A DNA stretch of 63,353 bases, counting the filler, from Intoshia linei (Eukaryota; Animalia; Orthonectida): NCBI GenBank assembly GCA_001642005.1. It is 8 parts of 8 records of this genome, joined end to end, with 100 filler letters (N's around TTAATTAATTAA, not from the genome) between each part and the next. Parts side by side here need not be neighbours in the genome. Positions count along the whole stretch, not along the records: positions 1 to 24,691 come from LWCA01000524.1; 7 more parts are not named here. One strand, 5' to 3'. Position numbers and translations under genes: made by a program. Below, in pieces: positions 1 through 13,427 of the stretch. The notes below the pieces were generated by a model. That model was not told the origin of the DNA. It saw only the letters and a list, made by a program, of their open reading frames with translations, and searched no databases. The first letter of the stretch is position 1. Every line of letters begins with the position of its first letter.

Positions 1-200
1 AAGATGGTAGTCTGAAGGTGCAATATCTGGTGAATATGGTGGGTGCGCTAATACTTTATAATTTAAGTCCCTTAAAAAATTACGGTTTTTTTAGAAGTAT
101 GTGGTTTAGCATTGTCATGATGCAATATTATTTTACCCCTATTGAACATTCTAGACCTTTTTATTTGGATAGCTTGGTTCAATTTTTCTAATTCAAAGGA
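1..200 (-). mobile_element. mariner transposase fragment (degenerate, truncated by window edge)
   Basis: Minus strand reads ...IILHHDNAKPHTSKKT/(1-nt frameshift)/RDLNYKVLAHPPYSPDIAPSDYHL, the hallmark mariner HDNA and YSPDLAPSD motifs. Confidence 0.9.
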
Positions 201-2249
201 AACTTAGCATCTTTCAGTACATCTACATTCACAGTAGACCAAGTCCTCACCTTTACTCTTTGAGGCCCTGAGAGTCTAAACTATAACACAATAAGGATGA
301 AGTTCTTAGCACTTCTGAACTGTCCTTCAACATTTCCCTGTCCATTCCCCCCTTATGGTATTGACTGACCAAGAAGTTACAAAATTTTCTAGCAGAAGTC
401 CACTTAAGTATTCTTCTTCCCAATCTCGTAATATCAATCTTAAGATCTGCCTCAGGACTCACCTTCATAAGTTTTTCTTTGCTCACCTCAGAAAGCTCAT
501 CGAAAAATGTGACCAACGCTTCACAGTTATACTCACCAGATCTCTGACAATTTCGTTTTGAATATTTAAGTCAGCCACTCTTTCCGGTACAGCTGCAGCT
601 GGAGGCACTACATTCACATTAGCATTATTTCTTCTAGCAACTCATCTCTGTTCCATTGCTTTTTGATAATAGATATTATAGTAATTTAACAATTTTCAAT
701 TAAGTGAGTTGATAATTTTGATTTGATGATCTTGTAAATTTGTAACAAAAAGCTTTATTGTGTAAATTTTTATATTTTTATAGTGTTATAATACTCGCTC
801 GAAAACTAATTCTGGACCTTTATTCATGTACTCCACTCGTTTGGTGATATTTAAATCAGTATTGATGTTCATTGGCATTGGTCTAATCAATTCAACCGTG
901 ATTAGTTCACAATCTAGCCAATTTTTTACTGTGTTGACACATATCCTAACAGCTTTATATGGCTTTTATTTGGAACTTGTGTCCATATGTATTAATTATA
1001 ATTATTTAGCTTTATTTATGCCATCAAAATCTACAAAATCGAATCAAGATCAAAGGTTGGATATATTATTATTATTTAATTTAATCAAATTTCCATGATG
1101 GTGACGTAACTAATAATATTTTCATATATAAAATATGCCAATGTAAAGTTATTAATAATTATATGTTAAATGGAATAGTATAAAACAAACTTAAAAAGGT
1201 ATTCATACATACTTTTGAAAAAAATTAAATTGTGAATTATTTTTTTTGAACGAATAGTTGATGTTATTAATTATAAGTTAGTTTTAAAAATATCGTAGTT
1301 TGAACGGTATTTTTACAATTTTGATTATCAACATTTTTATATTTACATAATTGGTATTTTTATCAATATTTTGGTAGTTAACCCATTTCTTTTTCAGATC
1401 ATTTGCATCATACGCATATAATGTCAGTTGTCACAGTTTTATAAACGGAAATTACGAACACAGTTAATTTTTGTTGGAGTGTCATGGGAGTTATATATAT
1501 TTTTATAAATACAATTGTCAAATAAAACAAACGGCTATAATGATGTTACAAAATTTAATAAAAATTACATTTTTGAATTAATTATTTTTTAAGTGTGACT
1601 AATGATAGTTTTTTAGATATTTTTATTTCATTTGAACTTTTCCAATAGTTTTGACTTGTGAAAACAGTTTCTTTACTATCCTTATTGATGGAATATTTTC
1701 TTTTTTCAATATTTTTTAAATTGGTTGGACAGTTGAACGTTTGTATATTTTCTGAATCATCTTCTACAAAAATAAGTGTGAGTCTATGTGATTCGCTCAC
1801 TTTACGCAATCCTGTTGTGGAGTTTATTCTATAGTTGGAAATATGTTAATATACTTTTTAAAGATTACCTCTTTTCTGGCATTTGTAGGTTAGTATTAAT
1901 GTATTACAATGCTGTGAAAAATGTAAATGATATTTTTTAGTATATAAAGGTAAACAGTTTAATTTGCGATGTTTGATAAAGACTGCGCAAATTTATCATA
2001 TTGTGTACATTTATAGTTTTTCATATACGTATGCTGGACTATACGTTTTATTTTGTGTTTTAAATCCAAATTTATTGTGATGTTACACATCGGAACATTT
2101 TATGATGTGGTGGTAAAAATATTCTCATACATTTAACAATGTTCATTTTAATAATGAAAATGTTGACAACTAAACATGTTTCACGGGCCCATTTTAAAAT
2201 AAGCATATACAATGTATTATACATGTATGTAACAACTTATATTTTTTAG

Positions 2250-2861
2250 TATATATCCAGGATTAGATGATTATCATCCAGAAATTGAAAAAAATCTGAA
2301 ATCAGAAAGATTACCTGCCCACAGTGACCAACATAACAGCTTTGTAAAACGACATTCGTACTTTGGAAAAATGGAACCAGAGGAACCTATAAAAGATTCA
2401 ATCGACAGTGAATTTATTAATCGAATTAAAAAAATGAATCAAGAATCTACCAATAAAAATACAGAACTTACCAAAAAGAAAAAAATTTCTAAAGGTGCCA
2501 CCGATGATACTATGAATTATATGGAATGTTACCCTGGAGCAGCAGAGTGGACTGAAGCATTGGGTGACGACAGTGAGGAAGAAGTTGACTTTTCTAAAAT
2601 GGACACTGGGTCTAGAAAAACTACATTGGGTCGATGGGATTTTGTCGACGAAGAACAATACCACAAGTACCAATCCAAACGCGAAGCCATGCCCAAGTTA
2701 GATTTTTTGTATTTTTTTCATTTATTTTTAGAGCTGCGTTTCAGTATGGTAAAAAAACATCAGATGGTCGTAAAACCAGAAGAACAAAAAATAAAGATAC
2801 TAATGCCTCCACTGATAAAGAATGGCAAAAAATTCAAAAAATTATTGAAAAACGTTTGTAA
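2250..2861 (+). CDS. IK: Protein RED/IK (spliceosomal B complex), last two exons: 2250-2696 and 2732-2861
   Basis: Spliced product ...NYMECYPG...DDSEEEVDFSKMDTG...LGRWDFVDEEQY..YQSKREAMPK^AAFQYGKKTSDGRKTRR...DKEWQKIQKIIEKRL* matches the RED C-terminal domain; 35-nt GT-AG intron at 2697-2731. Upstream exons not identified. Confidence 0.92.
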
Positions 2862-4691
2862 ATTTGTAGTAAATTGTTACCCTATAAATTTTTTGTTTAT
2901 TGTAATCTATACATGTTAATGGAATAACATTAATTTGAAATTGGAAATTATTTTATATATTAGCTGTTTAGAAAATATTTCCAAACTTATTTATACCTAA
3001 CATATTCTACTCTTCAATTTATAATTAAATAGAATAGGTACTGACAATACACTGGACCTTAATAAGAAATTACATTACATATTTGTTATTTTTATATTAA
3101 AATGCCTAGCTCCGTTTTTAAATCGTTTCTAATATGAAATTATCAAAATCAAAATTTTTACAACAAAGGATGCTTCACTGTATGGTTTAATATAAATTTC
3201 CATTTATGAAATTATCGCATTTACAGTCGGAACATGCTACGAGTTTTAAAATTATTTTATTAATATGGATTATTTTCAATTACAGTTTTCCTTTATAACT
3301 CGTTACTCTTGGTATTTATAAAATATTAGCAAGATGGAGAATTTAAAACTATAGAAACAGCAGATATTACCTTTAAAATTTAAAGTAAATTAAACCTTAA
3401 ATGACAATAAAGTGAATTGTAATATAAAATAATTAAATCAAAAAATCCATTTTGACAACTGAAATTGATTATTTCTTTAATTAATAAATATTTTCTAAAA
3501 ATTAAATTTGAATTAAAAAATGAATTTAATAAATAGTAAATCAGTAAATGGAATATAAAGACAATTTTTTCTAAGCGTAAAATACAGATTCCTTTTTTAA
3601 ATAAATGTATTCACCATCTTCTTTATTGAACCTTTAAGTTTTCGATTTAGAAAAATTTTAAATTTCAACGTGACATAAAATTTTCAATTTTTATTTAAAT
3701 TGAAATATTTGAAAAATATTGGTTGATAATATATTAAAAATTATTTTTTAATCATCTTAGTGTATGCATAATATCTGATAACTATAAATATGATGAAAAA
3801 TTATTTGATCTACATTAGGGTATCACATTTTTTTAAATTTTTAGAATTTAATGGGCGATTAGTAATCAATGTGTGTATTTTTAAAATAGAAGCACTATGT
3901 CGCCATTAAAAATATCTAATGATACTTATCCGAGTTGCGCTCATCATTTTAAATATCCTTTTGAAAATTGTATAGAAAAATTTAAATGTAACTTTATTTT
4001 TTGCAAAAACATCATTGCGATAAGTTGTCATGGTTTATATTTTATGGTCTTAACACCCACGCTTAACCATACATTTCAATTTTTAAAATTTGATTCTAAC
4101 TCGATTTTTGTGGTTGTTATCGACGTTCAAATTTCGGTTATTTATGCAATAATTTTATAGAAGTTTTCAAAATATCCTTTCAAATGTAGTCACTACATTG
4201 ACTGTCCAAAAAATTTCAAAACAAAAATTATAAGTCAGATTTTTGCGGTGCAAAAAATTTGTATAAATTAAAGTAGTTTAGCTAAAAATCTGTGTTTGTT
4301 TGTTTGTCTGTTACCATTTATTAAAGAAAGTAATATGCGTAGAGTTATAAGAATATCAATGTCTAATAAAGTTTTTCGAGGCGAGGTTTTATTGTCAATA
4401 ATTGAGTTATTCAATGTCAAAGACCCAAATAATTTTTTTTTAAAAATCAAACCAGTCCTAGAATTTAAAAAATTATTCAATTATACAGATTTTAAAATGA
4501 TGAATATTAGGATAAATTTCATTTAAAAATTTTTATATTTTTATGGCCAAAACCCGAAATTACCTTTTTTTATATATGAAAAAATTCCTAGAATTTTTAT
4601 AGAACTTTCATTCTGGGATAGTTTGTTTAAATTATAAACATTATATGTATTGCAACCTCATTTTCAAAAATTTTCAAAGTTTTGAATCAAA

Positions 4692-5035
4692 TCCTAATTT
4701 ATATAATATGCTACCCAATTTTTATTTGTGTGTGTCTCTGTTTGTCCTACTTTCTATAAATAACTACCCGTCTTAGAATTTTATAAAGTCCACATTTCAA
4801 TTACAGTTTTTTCCTGGGGGTGTTGACAAACTTAATTTCAACCTCCCAATTTCACATCTTACGGGTCAAAAACCACAGTTTTTCCTCTTTTTGAAAATCA
4901 AACGAGTTGGAGAGTTTAAAAAAATATATACGCTGATACGGATTTTAAAATCCTAAACATTACCATAAATTTAAATTTAAAAAAACTATATCTTCAGGGC
5001 CAAAACCACAAATTACTCTTCTTTTTTATTGAAAA
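4692..5035 (+). mobile_element. non-autonomous Helitron-like repeat, 5' part
   Basis: Starts A|TC...TATATAATATGCTAC with a (TG)n/TCTCTG microsatellite; near-identical to 9185-9430 and to the reverse complement of about 21300-21651. Confidence 0.65.
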
Positions 5036-6750
5036 CAGCACATACACATACTACACATAATAAGTTACGAATTGTAACATATTAGAAAATATTATTATAA
5101 TGTTAAGATGTGACACGTGAAAAGGATAATGTACCAATAATATTTTCAAAAATGAACGAACGCAATCAGTGTCGTTGAACGATCATCCAACGAAATTTAC
5201 AATACAATGGCGGAAACTTAAATATTTCATTATTTTTATGGGTTAATTGTTCTGAATTATTAAGTATTTTATAATGTTTTTTCGTATCGATTTTCAGCAT
5301 TGATATGTAATTTCAAGAAACGTATATCTGGTGTTTATTCGGTATTAATTACATTGAATACAATTTTGTTGGCAGCTGGACCCTTAAATGTCAAATAATG
5401 GATATTTTTACTAACAACGCCTAAAACTTGATCTATCCAAATACATGTATGTATAATTGAATATTATACATTATGGATGGACAGAAAGGAGTTGAGAATC
5501 TATTTGCATCATTGTGATGTGTTTATTTGAATTTTAGAAATTATAGTTTGAACCTCATCATATCTTTGGTCGTTTAGTAATCAGTTTTAACGATATGCTG
5601 AATAAAATTTATATCTCATCCTTCGAACCCTTATATTTTTATATAATTTTTAATATATTACTAAAAAAATGGAGTTAATCTACACAAATTACCAAATCCA
5701 TGTAGATTGATGCAATTTAAAATATACGTATATGTATGTGCTATAATATTTCAAAATTAATTGTAAATACGGTTATGACAAAGATTGCCTAATTTAAACA
5801 AAATGATTATTAATGTAATTGGATAGGTGGTTTTCAAGTGAATTTAGTAAATTAGGCATATAGTCGAGTCAATTATGGAATAGAGATTAAAATAACAAGT
5901 GTCAAAAAAATATCGATAAATTATTAAAATGTTTGCGCTTTAACACTGTATACGAACATTGTTAAATAAAGAATCAGATTTGGTTGAGTTGTTGGATTGA
6001 TAATGATACAATATTCAAAATAATTTGTATTATACGTTGAGGCATAAAAACAATTGTACTTTTTTTACAAAAGACGATAAAAGTCTGGAATAGAAAATTA
6101 CAAATTTGCAAGCAAGATTAAATACTAATGTGTTAAATGTTAAAAAGTCAATCCGAGTTACTCAAGTTAAAAAAAGGTTGAAAAGTTTACAAAAGAATAA
6201 TTGGAATAAAAATAAAATGATTTTCTTTGTTTATTTGGAATATGTGGGTAAAAATGATATCAACATTACGCTTTACTAGCATTTATTACATAGACCATGT
6301 CAGCAGTTCTGAACTATAAAGCACTAGTTGCACAAATTGGCGAATCATGATTAATTTCAAAAACTGTAAACAAACTAAAGAAATGGAATAAAAACACTTT
6401 AATCAATGAATCAAAAAAGTGATTTGAAATGCACTGTTGCATTGATACTCTGTTAGATTGTCTCCAAATTTAATTATTGGTCAATAAAACATTAAGAACG
6501 ACACGTACCATTTTTTATTGCACTATCAAAAATGAATATAATATTGTTGTTCACATTTCTTTAATCATATATATTAATAGGCGTGGTTAAATTTATAGAT
6601 TAATTGAATCGACAATAATTTTATTACGTAAACCCGATTGTTTATTATTTTCATTTTATATATTGTATTTGACTTTGTGATTAATACTTTTCATTTTCCA
6701 CAATGTTTAGTAGTGAATTTTAATAATATTAACATGTTGATTGTTTAAAT

Positions 6751-9700
6751 ATGGAAAAGGAAAACAAAATATCTTCTAATGTTAAAGCATTTTCAATATC
6801 TAATTTAATGAATTTGAATACTAAGAACCAATCTCATGATATTGATCATGGTGGTAAAGAGTTTGAACATGATTTAAGTCATACCAGCAACTCTGATTCG
6901 TGTCAATTGAACAATGAAACGTGGCACGGTAACAATAATTCATTACGCGTCTCAAACAGCTCAAATTATGAGATGCAAGCGGATACTAATTGGAATTTAT
7001 TGACCGATGCATTTCAATTACGTTCCGTCTATCCTATCACATATAATCCTTCTCTGTGTATAGACATTTCAAATTTATTACAAAATTATAATCAATCTAA
7101 AAAATATTTACAAATTCATCAAAACCTGCAACAAAATTTACTTAAACGTTCTATAGGTCAATTGTTAAATAATAACTCTAATAAAACAAAAACGCAACAG
7201 TTAGTAAATTATTCTAAACCTATTGGTAATTTTTATATTGTTTAAAGTGCAATATTGTGATATTGTATATTGAATACGGTCTTGTCCGGTTTAGTCATTA
7301 CTCGGTAATGATGAAGATTAATATATAACCGCCAAATTTGTTGAAAATTATGTCAACATTAGCGGCACAACAATAGTAACTAACACTTCTCAGTCACAGT
7401 GTGTACTTTTTGACATGTATGAACATTTATATTGATTTATGATCGCTGATATTATCTTATTTTTCATTAAAATTTCGTAAATATTTTTAATCAACTTTAT
7501 GGAGTTTAAGTGAATCAATTTCATTGTGCATTTAAATTATTGTTTATGACTCATTATTCAAAATTTAATAATTATTATTCAACTCTTTTCGTGATGATTA
7601 GGGTGATTCACATATTGGCATCTTTATTTGAGGTAGGAAAAATTAGTCTACAATGTGTATTAGTATTACAAACATCATGTTGACATTTAAATTCGGCAAA
7701 ATTGTGCCGATGAGTTGCGCATCACGTTTAAAGTTTTTAAATTAATATTAATTTGAACTTAATTATTTTAGATTATTATATAATTTTTTATAAATCTTAC
7801 GCAATATAATTATTAATATAATTTTAATGTAAATTTAACATAAATGTTTGTTTTTAAAGTGCCATTCAAATGAAATTCACACAAATACTGAGAGGGGTAC
7901 GTTCTGTGGGTGTATTTATTATCGGAAAAGTATCTCAATATAACATTGTGCTGTTTTATATAAAACTTGCTTTGGGTCAATCTAACTTTGTGATCTATAT
8001 TTTCTCACATGAAGAATATCATAAAATTCTAAGTATAATTCAAAATATTCATTCAAACATTCATTCTGAATATCATTCAATAAAAATATGTCTAAGTCGG
8101 GATATATATAAAACTGTGAAATGTACACATTCCACGGGCAAATCGTGGAATGTATACATTTCATCAGTGTTTCCCCACCTTTTAAGTGTCATGCCCCACT
8201 TTTATTTTTACGAAATTTCTACGGCCCACCATGATTTATAACAAAAATTTTTAGTCTATCAAGAATATGCGAATTTGCCAAAGTTTAGTTTATCTTGTTC
8301 AAAAATTATCATTTTTGTAAGTTTACCCGGTAAAGTTTACCACTGTGTTTCAATAGTAGTTATAAGTTATAACTTTAAAGTTAAATGTGATAAATTCCTG
8401 ATATAAATGTGATGTGGTCAATGATTACTAATCATCATTGTAATCAAAAACACATAAAAATACCTCTAAAAATATATATAAATTTTAATAAAAATTGAGC
8501 TTATCAATGAATTTGTAACAATAGAAAATCATTGATAACTAATCAATTATTTTGTTTTCTAAAATTTTTAAAGCCCAACCAAATATTCACAAGCCCCACT
8601 CAAATTTTCTAAGCCCCACGTTGGGAATCACTGCATTTCATGGACCAGTCGTAGAATGTGTAAAATTTTTATTTATATCTTAATTTTGGGTTTTACAAAT
8701 TTTTTTGAACCAAACTTTAAGTGGGGTTTTTCTAGAAACTTTCTTTTAAACCAAATTTTTTTTGAACCAAACTTTAAGGGGGGTTTTTCTAGAAACATTC
8801 TTTTAAACCAAATTTTTGTTGAACAGAACTTTGCAGAGGGGTTTTTAAGATTTTTTTTGAAATTTGGTTCAAAAAGATTTTTAAATAAAAAACCCTTAAA
8901 GTTCTGTTCAAAAATATTTCATAAAAACTCCCCATAAAGTTTGGTTCAAAAAAAAATCTTAAAAACATTATTGAATGTTTGGTTCAAAAAAAATTTCCTA
9001 AAAACCCTTTCAAATTTGTCTCAAATTATATCTAAAAAAACCACGATAAAGTTTTGTTAAAAAAAATTTCTACAACCCAAAATTAAGATATAAATGAAAA
9101 TTTAACACATTCTACGACTGGTCCATGAAATGTGTACTTTTTACAGTTTTACACATTCTATATAACATATATGTTATAAATATATCCGTACTTATATAAT
9201 ATGCTACGCGATTTTTATTTGTGTGTGTCTCTGTGTGTTCAGCTTTATTTAAATAACTACGCGTCTTAGAATTTTATAAACTTCACATTTTAATTACAGT
9301 TTTTTTCCGGGGGTGTTTGTAAACTTAATTTCAACCTCCCAATTTCACATTTTACGGGTCAAAAACCTCAATTGTCCTTTTTTTGAAAATCAAACAAGTT
9401 GGAGAATTTAAAAAATATATACGATGATACTGTGGTATAATAAAAATGTGCCCTCGGCAGAGCTAGGTGCTGTTAGTACGTAGTACATTACAGTCAACCT
9501 AGAACCATATTATATTGCTACTCTTTTAGTTTTGACTTATTTTTGACTTTCGGGTAATCAAGCATGGTAGGTTCGGCTCGGCTCGATCTGGCTGAATAAA
9601 TAACTAAGACGCTCTGCATATATAAATTTTATTTTTTGATGGGTTAACATTAAATAGTTAATAACGAATCCAACAGTAAATAATTTCTAACATTAAAATT

Positions 9701-12700
9701 AATTATTTCTTATTGTAAAAATATAAAAAGTAAAAATGTAAATTTTTAATATGTCATCTATTAGTAAGGCTAATTAATATTGATTAATCATTAGTAAGTT
9801 AATTATAAATTAAAATGTATAAAAATATAATTTGATATCTTTATCATCAACAAAGTTACAGCTACAAATTATAAAAAATTGTAATAATGTCAAGTGGAAA
9901 TTTAATATAGACGTTGTTTCAGATTCATTAAAATATAAAATAAAATAATAATTTAGAAAAACACGTGATATCAACCGGAAGTGATGCAATGAAAGATATT
10001 TTTTGTGAATTGGAAACTAAAGAATTGTGGAATAAATTTTACAATTTAGGAACTGAAATGATTATTACTAAATCTGGGAGGTAAAAAACAGATTTAACAT
10101 GATTTTGATAAGCATCATGTTTATATCACGCAAAATGACTATATTGACATGGTTTGTTCAATAAAATTATAATTCAATCATTTTACAAATTTCGACACAT
10201 CATTATACTTTTAATCTATAGATTAAAAGATTTATAAAGTGCATTTTATTATATGAAATGGTAAACTGTGTCAAAAGTAGATTTACTCAAGTATTATGAT
10301 TTGTTCATACTTGTTATATTATTGATCATAGTCTACATTTAACAAATAATACATTTTTTTCAATAAGCTTTATAAATCAATTTTTTGAATGTCAAATTTT
10401 TTATGGGCAATGCTGAGTAAACCCATGTTTAGATTGCGTTTTTACTTAAAATTTGATGTACATATTACATTTTATAATAATAATTATGGTACAATTGGAA
10501 TATTAATCAATTTCGAATAATAACGAATTTCAATAATGTTCGTGTTTCCTCATTGAATCTATATGTACTTGAATTTATCAACATTTTGACTTTTGAATAA
10601 AGTTAACTAATTTGATAGCCAGTTAAAATTAGAGAACATGATAATTAACTATTTTTACCATATATTAAAGGAAATTTTCTTTTTTCGCGACCTATACTCA
10701 CCAATTACCGATTTTTGAGAAATGCAGGAGTAAACGATCAAGGTCATCTATTTATACGTAATTTAAGGATAAATTGAAAATTTATGCTGAGTTGAAACTA
10801 CTTGTGTATTATTATAATTTATCTCATAATTTTATCAATATTGCATAGGCGAATGTTTCCAACAATATGCGTGTCATTTAAAAATTTGGATCCCTATCAA
10901 TTGTATTATTTAATGTTGGACATACACCAAGTAGATGGTAAGAGATACAGATATGCGTATCATCGGTCTTGCTGGTTGATAGCAGGTAAATAGTTTTGAT
11001 ATATATTTTATAAGTTTACTTTATTAGGCAAAGCTGATATTCAAAATAAAAATAACATATATTTACACCCTGATGGCGTTCAACTTGGTAAAAATTTGCT
11101 TAATAGGTCAATATCATTTGAAAAACTTAAATTAACAAACAACAATAACAATAAACATGGACACGTAATTTATTATTACATTTTGATTTAATCTAGAGAT
11201 AGTGACAAAATTATTAATTGTCAGTAAGTGTTGTAAAAATTGTATTTTTTATTTTTACGTTAGATAGACTGATTTTTTCTATTAAATTTTGGTTAATCAT
11301 AAAGATCAGATCCGAACCTACCATACCCGAAATCCTCTCGGGTTAAGGGGGCTTGTAGAAAATTTTTGTAAAATGGGCCCTCATTTTTCGAAATTCTGAG
11401 TTTATTTGGAAAAAGCTAAATCATTTAAGTTATCTCATAAATAATATATAATAAAACTCAATGGTCGAGGGCCAAGATTTACTTTAATGGATATAACGGT
11501 TACTACCCTGTAACTTATTATGAATTTCAAAAATAAAATAATAATGTTATAATTTTATTAAAATTTAGATTGTTCTTAATTCAATGCATAAATATGAACC
11601 AAGAATTCACATAGTTAAAGTAAGTACTACCTTAAAGGCAAACTATAAAAATTGGGAGAAACAAGATCATAGAACATTTATATTTCCAAATACAGTATTT
11701 ATTGTCGTGACTGCGTATCAAAATCAATTGGTAATACACCATGTTCTGCTTTTAATGTAATTTTCATAGATAACTAAATTAAAAATTGATAGTAACCCAT
11801 TTGCTAAAGGATTCAGAGACATTCCAAGGTCCATTAGAGTGGATAGGTAATTATATTTTATTTATTCTAGAACTACTTTGTACCAACTTTGATTTACTAT
11901 AATTTAAATTTTTTTGTTTTAATAAAATAGTTACGAAATAAAAAATACTAAATAAAAAAGTGCTTTTTTGACCGTGAAGACGTCAATTTATGAGCTAAAA
12001 ATTTTTGTGTGTATTAACTAGATAAAAAATGTATGATAGAATTTTTTTTAAATTACACTAGACAACAAAAATTAACTTTTTGGTTTAATTATGGAGTCTG
12101 CCCATTTAAGTTAAAGTTTAATGTCTTTTGAGCAGAATGACATTATTCACGATATTTGGTTGGATCGTTAACGTGTAGTAATTAACTAATTAATATTTTA
12201 GTTATCATTATCATTAGATAGTGAGATACATCATTCTACTCCAAATTTAATATACTACCTTTTCTAATTGTCATATTTTATAAGTGAAACTAGGTTGGTT
12301 TTTATGTACTACACTGTAAAAAGCACTTTTTTAAGGTTGATATTTATGATAATCTTATAATTTATAAAAATTATCCCAAAATTTGTTTTATAAAATTCTG
12401 TGACTTTTTATATTTCAAAAAAATGGTAATTTTGATGGGTTATGATTAAACATAACCTTAAAGATGTACGTTTCTGAGCTCAGATTTACAAAAATGTTAC
12501 TGACTTTAAATAGAATCCCAGAAATATTGTTTTTTTAAATTTAGGGCTGATTTTATCTTTAAAAAAAAACGAGAATTGCGCTTTTGACCCTGAAAGAATC
12601 CATTTTTGAAATAACGCAAATAGCAGTAACGCACATACATACAGACATCCAATTATTTGTAAGTAAAGGGTAATTGGTTGGGGTTATTACTACAATAATA

Positions 12701-13427
12701 TATTTTGTAATTTAATTTTTTATCTTAATTTAATAATTTAGATATTGCTACGAACAATTGACTAAACGAGCAAGATATAAAGATAACATTGACAATGATT
12801 ACAATGGTAATTACAATATATGTATTATATTGTATATATTGTACATATTTAAATACATATTTGATAAATACTATTTATATTTACAATATCACAGGGGTCG
12901 GAAACCTTTTGCATCTTTTGAGCCACGTTATTATATCAATAAGTTCTATGGCCCTGTTTTTGAAAATTACATATTATACATGTCAATTTTAATTGAACAG
13001 AAACGGTTCTAGCATATTCAACAAAATAAAATCCAGGGCCAACTGAAAATTGAGTATTGAAATGATTATAATGAGCCAATTATATCAGAAAATGTTTAAA
13101 ATGGTGTTTAAAAGTTGAAAAAAATTGAAAATAAATAAGTTACGTATTTACTAAATGGCCACCAAAATTATTCTGTGGACCACTGGTGGACCACACGACC
13201 CCTGCTTTATCATCAAGTTTATGTTAACTATATCATGTTTAGAATCAAATCATTTTCAAAGTGGTCAGATGAAAAGAAACAATGTACACTTTAAACCAAA
13301 CGACATTCTATTAGGAAAACTTGACCAAAATTTTCATAAATATAACATCGAAAATAATAGACCTAATACTGCCAAATATGTAGATATTTCAAAAGATATT
13401 GAAACTGAGAATATATTAAAAAACTAA
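6751..13427 (+). CDS. TBX20: T-box transcription factor TBX20/H15/midline; exons 6751-7225, 9957-10080, 10849-10985, 11028-11164, 11569-11730, 11770-11846, 12742-12806, 13243-13427
   Basis: N-terminal eh1 motif FSISNLM; T-box [25 protein letters not shown]^[21 protein letters not shown]^[16 protein letters not shown]^[22 protein letters not shown]^[17 protein letters not shown]. The RYRYAYHRS motif is Tbx20-subfamily-like. All introns are GT-AG with consistent phases; the last two exons are less certain. Confidence 0.93.
8106..9160. mobile_element. foldback-type element with long TIRs and internal ~30/59-bp subrepeats
   Basis: CATTTCATGGACCAGTCGTAGAATGTG...(8634 onward) is the reverse complement of ...CACATTCTACGACTGGTCCATGAAATG (ends 9132); internal TTTTTGAACCAAACTTT repeats flip orientation near 8860. 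Outer limits approximate. Confidence 0.8.
8165..8633. mobile_element. hAT-type MITE nested in the foldback TIR
   Basis: TIRs CAGTGTTTCCCCA / TTGGGAATCACTG; perfect 8-bp TSD CATTTCAT at 8157-8164 and 8634-8641. Confidence 0.88.
9185..9502 (+). mobile_element. short non-autonomous Helitron-like element (5' TC ... 3' CTAG)
   Basis: 5' TC end shared with the 4692 and 21651 copies; 3' module GCCCTCGGCAGAGCTAG...CAACCTAG shared with 14211-14263 and (minus) 26750-26797. Confidence 0.65.
12892..13204. mobile_element. hAT-type MITE in the last TBX20 intron
   Basis: TIRs CAGGGGTCG / CGACCCCTG; degenerate 8-bp TSD CAATATCA / CTTTATCA. Confidence 0.7.
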
